Origin: a virus
Taxonomy: Duplodnaviria > Caudoviricetes
Strand: one strand, 5' to 3'
DNA: 61,069 bases
Virus record (IMG/VR): IMGVR_UViG_3300032315_000228
Span: 1 to 61,069 of that record
In this document: positions 53,720-61,069 of the stretch, piece after piece
Layout of the letters: each line of letters begins with the position of its first letter
Position numbering within the stretch: the first letter of the stretch is position 1
Notes under the pieces: model-generated
What the model saw: the letters and a program-made list of their open reading frames with translations, nothing else
The model's database searches: none
What the model was told of the DNA's origin: nothing
Translations under genes and position numbers: made by a program

Positions 53720-54123
53720 ATCTTCACCTCTACTATTGCATAGCGTTCTACGAAGCCAAATTTCTTTGCAAACCTTGCCATGACAGGTCTCACGGCACCT
53801 TGAATTTTAGTGGCCCCAAAGCCTTTTAAAACAACCTTTAACTTTTCCAGCATGTCGTCGCTGGTAATCAAGTTCCCACCCATTGCGGTAACAAACGCTA
53901 CCCGATCATTTGGGTAGTTTGAAAAAGTCACGGTAGCTGCGCCATGAACGTGGTTGTTCTCATCAACTGCTACCAACAGCGTCCACAAGTTTTTTGCCAA
54001 ATAAACTTTTATCTGGTCTACGTTGTAGTCGCCGCCCCCAAACTTTTCAGACGAAGCTATGTGCGCCTCAACAAGCGGCCAAGCTTGCGCTACATACTCA
54101 ACGGGGATGTGCTGAATAATCAC
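53716..54123 (-). CDS. GNAT-like virion-module protein
   Basis: GAATVTFSNYP...VAFVTAMGG...GATKIQG...GFVERY. Confidence 0.6.
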   Translation of the reverse strand: MIIQHIPVEYVAQAWPLVEAHIASSEKFGGGDYNVDQIKVYLAKNLWTLLVAVDENNHVHGAATVTFSNYPNDRVAFVTAMGGNLITSDDMLEKLKVVLKGFGATKIQGAVRPVMARFAKKFGFVERYAIVEVKI

Positions 54124-54130
54124 CCCAGCC

Positions 54131-54538
54131 TCACAACGGAATCCGCATCACCTGATGCGTTACTTTCAAACCAAGCTTCTCGTACATGTTTACCAAAGTG
54201 CCCTTAGCCCAAAGCTGCGCAGTTGTTGCACCTTGCAAACGCATCCACTTATACAGTTCTTCAATAACATGTGGGCGCACAATACCTTTGCCACCCATCA
54301 AGTTCCCATGCGCCACACGCTCAAGGGGGTAATCCATAAGATCGACCACTGCCGCACCAGTAATGCCTTCGCCCGGCTCGTCCCACACCAACAAGAACGT
54401 ACGCCCTGTGCGTATTGCATACTCGACCAGTTCTATTTTATTCAGGTCAGGATCAAGGTCAATTGCTTTCTGTATCAAAGGCGCAGCAATAGGCCACACT
54501 TGTGGCAACTCGTTTGGGCGAATTTGGTAAAGTGGCAT
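54131..54538 (-). CDS. GNAT-like protein, paralogue of 53716..54123
   Basis: VWP...GAAVVDLMDYP.ERVAH...MGG...GATTAQ...YEKLG. Confidence 0.6.
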   Translation of the reverse strand: MPLYQIRPNELPQVWPIAAPLIQKAIDLDPDLNKIELVEYAIRTGRTFLLVWDEPGEGITGAAVVDLMDYPLERVAHGNLMGGKGIVRPHVIEELYKWMRLQGATTAQLWAKGTLVNMYEKLGLKVTHQVMRIPL

Positions 54539-54540
54539 GG

Positions 54541-55680
54541 TTAGGCTAAGTACTTATCTGCTTTGATCTGCTTGCCTTGTTTCTTGCTGCCTGTACGGGC
54601 TTGACGAACTCTGTCCATCATCTTGTACAACTGTTTAGCGCCTGCTTCAGACGAGCCATTACCGAGGTGAGAAACCACATCGGCAGGAATCACGAACTCT
54701 TCATTGGCTAAACGGGCAGGTTGCTTTCCCGCAATAGTGGCGGGGATATTGTCAGACATACCATCACCGGGCCCTTTGAGCATACGACCACCCTTAGCAT
54801 AGTCCGAATATCCACCCAAATCAGCAATACCGCCTTGAGCGTAACGTGGTTTGTAAGGGGTTGGGGAATTAAGTTTCTGCGGGGTATATCGAGCGGGGTC
54901 GTACTGAAACTTGCTTAACGGGCCCTCGTACGGTGTTGCACCCTCGGGTTCTTTTTTCTTTTTCAGCATCCCCATGATAGTGGGCGCAGCAAGACTAGCA
55001 ACACCGCCGTACAGCAGCTTGTCTTTTGGCTTCATTTCGCTGAAATCTTTGTAAAGTCCTTTAAATACGTCTCCCAACCCACCCAAAGGACTGCCTTGCG
55101 GGTTAATTTGTGGGTATTTCTTAGCCACTTCGGCTAATACGTCGTTGTCAAGTCGTAGCTGTTCTAATTTTTCGGGGGTGAGTTCTGGTACAGCTTGTTG
55201 TAGTACATTGGGATCTAACATATCGGGCGTAACGCCGCTGTTTACTAAATTGTTTGTCGCATACGCAGTTTCGATACCGGGGCCTGCGGTGGGAATACCA
55301 CTTGTAATTTGTGCTATTTGCTCAGGAGCCAGCGTTTCTAAAGCAGTAGCATTAAGCCCCTCAAACATTGCTGGTCTTAGTGTATTTTGAAGTTGCCCCA
55401 AAACCTCGGGGCTGGTTGTAGCCAACTGCTCAACCAGAGTAGGGACTCCCCCACTTAACGCCCCAGTTGCTGCCGTTCCTACCTCATACATTCCCGGTAT
55501 TGCGCTGGCCAACGACCCTAAACCTGCTGGTACTGCCGACATAGCGCCTGCAATTTCAGGAGTGAATGCCGCCAAGTTTGCCCCCGCAAGGGCGTTAGAA
55601 GCCATGACTTCGGAAGCAAGTGCAGTTGTGCCTAATTCTGCGGCGGCGGCTTCGGCAACAACGGGTTCAAATCCAGACAT
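54541..55680 (-). CDS. Internal virion protein
   Basis: GPGDGMSDNIPA...ARLANEEFVIPADVVS.LGNGSSEAGAK.LY.MMD. Confidence 0.7.
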   Translation of the reverse strand: MSGFEPVVAEAAAAELGTTALASEVMASNALAGANLAAFTPEIAGAMSAVPAGLGSLASAIPGMYEVGTAATGALSGGVPTLVEQLATTSPEVLGQLQNTLRPAMFEGLNATALETLAPEQIAQITSGIPTAGPGIETAYATNNLVNSGVTPDMLDPNVLQQAVPELTPEKLEQLRLDNDVLAEVAKKYPQINPQGSPLGGLGDVFKGLYKDFSEMKPKDKLLYGGVASLAAPTIMGMLKKKKEPEGATPYEGPLSKFQYDPARYTPQKLNSPTPYKPRYAQGGIADLGGYSDYAKGGRMLKGPGDGMSDNIPATIAGKQPARLANEEFVIPADVVSHLGNGSSEAGAKQLYKMMDRVRQARTGSKKQGKQIKADKYLA

Positions 55681-55713
55681 ATTTACCTCGTATAAAAGGG
55701 GTGGTTGATATTA

Positions 55714-56028
55714 TCATGGGGCTACCTTTAACACAAACGTTGTTGTGTCGTAGTAAACATCCCCAGTCTTAAGACTGCCCGCTGCTTGGTCAACCTGTGT
55801 TGGAAGACTAATCCGTAAGGTTCCGGGAGTCGTTGGGTCTGGCTGGCTAAAACTGAGCGCAGTAACAATCTTGTTGTTTACAATTTCCGTGGAGGCAAGA
55901 ATAGAGCCGGGATTGTCTAGTTGGTTAAAGTACAGGCGTATAGAACCAAGCAACGCCTCCATGTACTGCGGATCGTATTCATCCGGCGGGTTGGCTAAAC
56001 GCGGTGCGCGAAATAGGGGGTTGCTCAT
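55714..56028 (-). CDS. Small tail-associated protein
   Basis: Follows the tail stabilisation gene; LRLYFNQLD-like helix, GDVYYD. Confidence 0.6.
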   Translation of the reverse strand: MSNPLFRAPRLANPPDEYDPQYMEALLGSIRLYFNQLDNPGSILASTEIVNNKIVTALSFSQPDPTTPGTLRISLPTQVDQAAGSLKTGDVYYDTTTFVLKVAP

Positions 56029-56031
56029 TTT

Positions 56032-57963
56032 TTACCTTCTTCCGTCCGGACGCACATCAATGGATGGCACGCCAAGCTGCCACCGCACGCCAAGCCCATC
56101 AGAACTAACTTTAAACGCCATTTGCCTGCCACGAACCCGTGTGTAGATGATCTGTGTAAACTGCTGCACGTTGTAGTTTTGCTGACCCTGATAGTTCTGG
56201 GTGCTTGTCACTGCGGGAGTTAGGGCTGTGCTGTAGTTTGCGCCGGGGTTTTGTCGTGGTCGCGTGGTGAAGGTAACCGACGGATTATTAACATACGAGC
56301 CATCAAACGTAATATCTGGGACTATCCTCCAAACAAAACCGTAGTTATGCCCGTCACCAATATTAAAGTCAGCGGATTGTATATACGAACTGATTGGCAG
56401 GGGCGGGTTGGTCGTACCGTCGTCTACCCCAACTTCATGGTACACAATCTGGTTAGTGTAGGTTGCCGCCAAAGGTTGAATTCGTAGTGGACTGTCCAAC
56501 CATGCAGTACGAGCCAAATTTCCGTAAGACCAAACTTTTTCAAGATAGTTGTATATAACATACCTATCAACCGTCGTGGAGTCTGCGGAACAGTAGTACC
56601 ACCAGACCTCATTGTATCCCTCGTTAGTCCCAGCAAAAACCTGAAACGCTTGAGATAAATTAATGTTGCCGTAAATATATTGACGAAGAGGGCAATACAG
56701 CGTTTCTACCCGACCAGAGTATGAGTAGAACTTGTCTACGCCCATCCAGTAAACGACATTACTTGCCGTTGCCGTTGCGTTAGGGCTGATAATGGACAAG
56801 TTGTCCGCAAGCAATTGGAACCCCCACACATACGGTGGGCCAAGATACTGCATGGAATAAATAGCAGCGTCCGTCCAGACCAAAATCTCTTGCCTAGCCT
56901 GCAAAGCGGAAATAATCTGGGAACCGTGACTTAATGTGTAGCTGCCTGCTTGGTTGGTAACAGCAGGTGTCCACTGCGTAAAGTCTTCTTGGTCTGACCA
57001 GCGCACCAACATAGGGTTCTGTACGGCGGAGCCGTAGTCGTTTACACCAAAGGCAAGCACAAAACGTGAAGCGTCCGACACCGTGACATAGTTACAAATG
57101 TCTGGGGTATCTCCGGTAGTGAGTAAGGATCCACGATCATAAATGTTTGGATTGGCGTTGACTTGCCAGTAATATAGGCCACCGCCACGGGGGTTAAAGA
57201 TTAAATTTTCGCCGTAGTTAGACTGACTCCAAAGGCGAAGCTGTGTACCAATACCGATACCGGAAGGGGCGGGGGAGCCCCAGCCTGTGTTTGCAAAGCC
57301 GGTAGTTATACCACCCCAACCGCCAGCGCCCCAACCCACGTTGCCTGTGTAAACCTCAGAGCCGGTTGTAATTTGATACCTGCCTATGGTAGACGCGCCG
57401 CCATTGCCGACATCCGAAGCGTTTGCCGCAACAGAGGAAGTGATCGTGTAGCTGTTATTGCTGATAACAGATGCCACTCGGTATTCTCTATTAAGTACAG
57501 CGGCTGTAATTGCCCCGCCAAGACTGACTGCGCCACTGTAAGTAACAAAATCCCCAGCCTGCGCTCCGTGCGCGGTATCGGCAACCGTCAAAGTGGTTGA
57601 GCCGTTTGTAGCTGCAAAAGTTACGTCACCAGCAGCGGTAGTGAGTCGAATAGGTGTGATGTCGTGGAACGTGCCGCCAGTATCACTTTGAATATAAAAC
57701 TTGAGATTGGTTCCAACACCCAACAAATTGTAGCTAGACAGCGTGATCCAATTCCACAAAGACCGCGCAACACCCCAGTAGGAGCCCACAGGCGGAGCTA
57801 GTACAGCATTAGATGTGCCAGTGTCCGCAACCCAGCCGCCAATCTTTTCTGGAAAGCCCGAACGGAAGCGAACCTTATCCATTTCAAAGTACGTACCCTC
57901 GTTAGCGAGCGTAGTTGACTCCCGGTTTACACCGGGGCGAAACTGGAGTTTTTGTAGTGGCAT
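56032..57963 (-). CDS. Tail tubular/stabilisation protein (P22 gp10-like nozzle)
   Basis: VRFRSGFPEKIGGW, VRWSDQED, NEVWWYY, DVRPDGRR. Confidence 0.75.
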   Translation of the reverse strand: MPLQKLQFRPGVNRESTTLANEGTYFEMDKVRFRSGFPEKIGGWVADTGTSNAVLAPPVGSYWGVARSLWNWITLSSYNLLGVGTNLKFYIQSDTGGTFHDITPIRLTTAAGDVTFAATNGSTTLTVADTAHGAQAGDFVTYSGAVSLGGAITAAVLNREYRVASVISNNSYTITSSVAANASDVGNGGASTIGRYQITTGSEVYTGNVGWGAGGWGGITTGFANTGWGSPAPSGIGIGTQLRLWSQSNYGENLIFNPRGGGLYYWQVNANPNIYDRGSLLTTGDTPDICNYVTVSDASRFVLAFGVNDYGSAVQNPMLVRWSDQEDFTQWTPAVTNQAGSYTLSHGSQIISALQARQEILVWTDAAIYSMQYLGPPYVWGFQLLADNLSIISPNATATASNVVYWMGVDKFYSYSGRVETLYCPLRQYIYGNINLSQAFQVFAGTNEGYNEVWWYYCSADSTTVDRYVIYNYLEKVWSYGNLARTAWLDSPLRIQPLAATYTNQIVYHEVGVDDGTTNPPLPISSYIQSADFNIGDGHNYGFVWRIVPDITFDGSYVNNPSVTFTTRPRQNPGANYSTALTPAVTSTQNYQGQQNYNVQQFTQIIYTRVRGRQMAFKVSSDGLGVRWQLGVPSIDVRPDGRR

Positions 57964-57966
57964 AGT

Positions 57967-59196
57967 TTATTGAGATTCAAGCGCGGTAATACGTGCTGCT
58001 TGTACATCAACCAGTGCTTTAAGCTCTTGAATTGCTGCGGTCAATGTGGCAACTAAATAGCGGGGGTCAACACCTTGAGGCTTAATAGCTCCGTCTTCAT
58101 TGACAGCATCTTTTTCGCCGCTGACACACTGTGGAACTACCTCCTGCAATTCATGGGCTATAAAGCCTTGACTCTCTGAGTCGTTATTTTTCCATTTAAA
58201 TGTGCAGGGTTTAAGTAGCGCTACTTTCTCCAACGCACCAGTCATCGGTGCAATTGAGTGCTTCAGGCGATAATCTGAGAGATTGTTAAATGTGACTTCG
58301 TTTAAGGCGGGTCTCATAAAAATAGACCCTAATGGAGTACCAGAAGCATTTAAAAAAATCATGCAATTAGTCTCGTCTGACGTTGACGTTTTCATCACAA
58401 AGCCAGACTGTACCGCCCCGCTAAACAAGAGATTACCTTTTGCGCCGTATCCAACGCCAAGTGAGCCAGCCGTATTTACAAACAACTCGTTCATAAACAT
58501 AGCGCTACCACCACTGCTTATATTGCCAGTAGTAGTTAAATTACCTGCTATGGTTTGACCACCGGCAGTGGTGACAATGCCAGCGCCCACCAAAGAAGAC
58601 GAGCCTGTACCGCCGTTAGCTACAGCCAGTGTGCCCACTACGCTACTCAAATTTACGTTTGTCAATGTTCCGCCAAGTGTCAAATTACCAGAAGTGGTAA
58701 CCGTGCCAGTTAACGTAAGTCCATTGACACTGCCCGCTCCACTAACACTAGTCACTGTGCCTGAGCCGGGAGAAGGCAAGCTAAGAGTACTAAAATTGGT
58801 TGCGTTAGTAAAAACCATTGTTTTGTTGCCTGCGGCTATTGCGACCCCTGTGCCTGCTGCGGTTGTGTTGCCTAGCACCGTAGAGTTATAAATCGTCGCT
58901 GTGTAGGCGGTATTGTTATAAATGATATAAGTCTTCTCCTGCGGCGGAGCGTAGACGGCAAAGTTGGCTGTAGTTGTGGTGGTCAGTTCAATGACAGCAT
59001 TTCGAGATTCGTCGGCAGCACCGTCCAGCGCAGTAAAGGCTTGGTTTGCCGAAGTGACGGACACAGTTGTATACCCAGCAATGGCTTGATCGAGCAGTGT
59101 GCCAAGATTGGTGTTGGTTGTGGTGTTCCACGTACCAGCTTGTTCGCCGGGGCCAATCAATTCAAGTCGCAGTGAAGGGGAGTAGGTACTTGGCAT
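57967..59196 (-). CDS. Tail fibre with a C-terminal intramolecular chaperone (peptidase S74)
   Basis: SDYRLKHSI...GFIAHELQEVVP...LTAAIQEL; N-terminal GEQAGTW...TNTNL anchor. Confidence 0.85.
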   Translation of the reverse strand: MPSTYSPSLRLELIGPGEQAGTWNTTTNTNLGTLLDQAIAGYTTVSVTSANQAFTALDGAADESRNAVIELTTTTTANFAVYAPPQEKTYIIYNNTAYTATIYNSTVLGNTTAAGTGVAIAAGNKTMVFTNATNFSTLSLPSPGSGTVTSVSGAGSVNGLTLTGTVTTSGNLTLGGTLTNVNLSSVVGTLAVANGGTGSSSLVGAGIVTTAGGQTIAGNLTTTGNISSGGSAMFMNELFVNTAGSLGVGYGAKGNLLFSGAVQSGFVMKTSTSDETNCMIFLNASGTPLGSIFMRPALNEVTFNNLSDYRLKHSIAPMTGALEKVALLKPCTFKWKNNDSESQGFIAHELQEVVPQCVSGEKDAVNEDGAIKPQGVDPRYLVATLTAAIQELKALVDVQAARITALESQ

Positions 59197-59221
59197 AGGT
59201 GTCCTTTAGTTCAGTGTATTT

Positions 59222-59563
59222 TTAACCGACGTTGCGTTCAAAGTGAGGGCAATCCACCAGCGACTTGAAGTTGCCACCCCAACGGTTCTTGGGGTGCAAG
59301 GTTTCCCAGTAAGCACCCAACGGCGCAAGAATGCCTTTGTCCCAGATTATCTTCCCATCTTTAAAGAAGTTCAGGTCTACGGCACAGCGCTTCAGATGGA
59401 TGGAATTCATGGTCTTGGAACGCCCCGTCTTAAAGTAAATGGCTTGCTGTTCGGGCGTACGGGCAAGTTCCCCGCCGGTCACCACGAATCCTTGGTCTGT
59501 AGCATATTGGATTAGCTTGCACATGTCCAGCAAAAATGCAGCTTGTTCGGTACTTAAACTCAT
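59222..59563 (-). CDS. Endolysin, peptidase M15 family
   Basis: RTPEQQ...SIHLKRCAVD...WGGNF..DCPHFE. Confidence 0.85.
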   Translation of the reverse strand: MSLSTEQAAFLLDMCKLIQYATDQGFVVTGGELARTPEQQAIYFKTGRSKTMNSIHLKRCAVDLNFFKDGKIIWDKGILAPLGAYWETLHPKNRWGGNFKSLVDCPHFERNVG

Positions 59564-60072
59564 TTTTTGGCTTTCATATCAGCTAGTTTTTCAATCGTGC
59601 GCCCACCAAAGTATGCGCCCATTATCAGCATCCCCCAGTTACCCAGCAAGGTGACGTAGGACTCATTGGCGTTGTATCCATAGGCAGACATCATGGCAAA
59701 CAAGAAATAGCCTAGAAAAATGGCAATCAGGCTCATGGGGCGAATGTTCTTGGACAGCCAAGAATCACTGTTCATGTCCGACTGCCAGCGGTCTGTGACG
59801 TTGTCGTCTTCATTCTGCGCGGCTTTGGCAAACAGTTCCAGCTCGGCTAACTCCATTTTAGCCTTCTCAATACCTAACTCAAGTAGGCGTTCCTCATGCT
59901 CAAACTGAAGCTGGCGCAGGTTGCTGACATCTTCTGCGGTTGGGTTGTCGGGTATCGTTACGCCCAAAGTTTTTTCAACAACTTCCTTGCCCTTGGCTTG
60001 GATAGCGCTTGACAGCAGGGTAAGGCCGTTTTGAGCTAGGCTACCTAGAAGGGATGCGACTATTGGAATCAT
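59560..60072 (-). CDS. Holin (GTA 3TM-type)
   Basis: DMNSDSWLSKNIRP followed by TM segments and AYFGGRT.EK; adjacent to the endolysin. Confidence 0.75.
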   Translation of the reverse strand: MIPIVASLLGSLAQNGLTLLSSAIQAKGKEVVEKTLGVTIPDNPTAEDVSNLRQLQFEHEERLLELGIEKAKMELAELELFAKAAQNEDDNVTDRWQSDMNSDSWLSKNIRPMSLIAIFLGYFLFAMMSAYGYNANESYVTLLGNWGMLIMGAYFGGRTIEKLADMKAKK

Positions 60073-60416
60073 TTATCTTCCTTTTTGAATGTGGTTTTCA
60101 TTCCCGCCCTGTCTTCCAAAATGGCGATATGTAAGCGGTTGACCTGAATATCATCCCTGTTCTTTTGGATTTCTTTTTCCAAGTCTTGTCTTAACTTTTC
60201 CCTAGCCAACTCAGCGCCTGTGTTACTTGCTTGCTTGTTGTCTGAAGTCACCACCAAGCTGATTTTGCTGTTGAGGATGGTCACCTCATGGGATAAATTG
60301 GACAGGGCCGACATAAGGTAAACGACGCAAGAAAACAATAAAGGCAACAAAGCAAAGGTAATCTTTTCAACAAAAGCGCTCTTTGTTTCCATAGCATGGA
60401 TTTTTTCTTCACTCAT
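60069..60416 (-). CDS. Membrane-anchored coiled-coil protein (lysis region)
   Basis: N-terminal TM segment plus coiled coil. Confidence 0.65.
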   Translation of the reverse strand: MSEEKIHAMETKSAFVEKITFALLPLLFSCVVYLMSALSNLSHEVTILNSKISLVVTSDNKQASNTGAELAREKLRQDLEKEIQKNRDDIQVNRLHIAILEDRAGMKTTFKKEDK

Positions 60417-60699
60417 TTTTTACCTCACGTTTCTGTTGCTCAAGTTCTCTACGCAGTTTTTCCATCTTTTCCATTTGTATCTTGGCCTCGTGCTTTGTCT
60501 GCACAACATCCACGTACAACATCCCAAGGAGTGGGAGCATTAACACCACAAGAATACACGCTGCTATCCAGCCCACAACTATCTCCCAATCCTGTGCAAT
60601 AGGCCGAGGAGCAACCACATATATAGGAGGAATAGGAAAGTCGCCAGCAGATACGCCTGCCTTTCTCTTAGGAGCCGCTCCTCTTCCTTGCGTTGCCAT
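60409..60699 (-). CDS. Single-pass membrane protein overlapping the upstream gene
   Basis: TM IVVGWIAACILVVLMLPLLGMLY plus coiled coil; start uncertain. Confidence 0.55.
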   Translation of the reverse strand: MATQGRGAAPKRKAGVSAGDFPIPPIYVVAPRPIAQDWEIVVGWIAACILVVLMLPLLGMLYVDVVQTKHEAKIQMEKMEKLRRELEQQKREVKNE

Positions 60700-61069
60700 G
60701 ACTCATCATCCCGCTTCTTCCTTGCCTTGTCCTGCTCTATCTTGATGACATCCCGCATATCAAACACTTTTGAGTACAAGGCTCCCATTTCTTTAGGAGC
60801 GCCGTATACCATCGCCTCTCTTATCTCCGTCTCCAACAGCGCCATCTGGTCTTGAGCCATTACCCGCTTCAGGGCGGCTTCCATTAGGTTAGCGTCGGGG
60901 TCGTAGACAGTTTTGCTCTTCTCTTCCTCTTCCCTTATGTGCTCGGCAAGCTGCTCTTGTAGCTTAAAGAATGTTGAAAGCTGAGTAACGATGTCTGCCA
61001 TGACTTGGGTTTCGTCAACGGCAACGTAGGCTTCCTTCTTTTTCGCCACAGGCTTGGGGCTTGCGTCGG
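60579..61069 (-). CDS. 3' part of the junction-spanning protein that starts at 301
   Basis: Frame continuous through the repeat; C-terminal TM segment. Confidence 0.85.
   Translation of the reverse strand, partial: DASPKPVAKKKEAYVAVDETQVMADIVTQLSTFFKLQEQLAEHIREEEEKSKTVYDPDANLMEAALKRVMAQDQMALLETEIREAMVYGAPKEMGALYSKVFDMRDVIKIEQDKARKKRDDESWQRKEEERLLRERQAYLLATFLFLLYMWLLLGLLHRIGR
60947..61069. repeat. Terminal direct repeat (circular-assembly overlap), copy 2
   Basis: Identical to 1-123. Confidence 0.97.

Noticed and set aside
1-61069. Integrase, RNA polymerase, tRNA genes or an alternative genetic code
   Set aside because: None recognised; long genes are intact under the standard code and use normal stop codons

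Overview
The window is a complete, circularly assembled tailed dsDNA phage genome of about 60,946 bp; bases 1-123 are repeated exactly at 60947-61069. Its organisation is podovirus-like: no tape measure or tail-tube gene, a P22-gp10-like tail protein and large internal-virion/ejection proteins. It has two arms. The + strand arm (21.5-42.8 kb) carries early and replication genes: many small ORFs, a Cys-rich protein plus M28 peptidase, a VRR-NUC nuclease, family A DNA polymerase (Leu762 type), a PD-(D/E)XK exonuclease, an SNF2 helicase, an SSB-like protein, an HTH protein and a primase/DUF927 helicase. The - strand arm starts at about 21.0 kb and wraps through the junction to 42.7 kb. It carries terminase, portal, GroES, scaffold, capsid, small basic proteins, adaptors, tail fibres, lysis genes and ejection proteins. 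I found no integrase, RNA polymerase, reverse transcriptase, tRNA or CRISPR array. The most notable non-coding signal is a self-contained ~120-nt small RNA gene at the divergence point of the two arms (about 21044-21164). It has a promoter, two hairpins and an intrinsic terminator. Its single-stranded middle, GUUGCUUCUCCU, is complementary to an extended Shine-Dalgarno (AGGAGAA(GCAA)) used by more than 20 early/replication genes but not by the late genes I checked, which makes it a candidate RNA-guided early-to-late translational switch. Other signals are a four-copy 19-bp palindrome followed by structured leaders, a three-copy TGTC-N8-GACA operator-like site, a Shine-Dalgarno split by a hairpin, a structured leader on a capsid-accessory gene, and a hydrophobic-[AK]-x-GG peptide motif shared by virion proteins. 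All calls come from manual motif reading; no database searches or folding programs were run.
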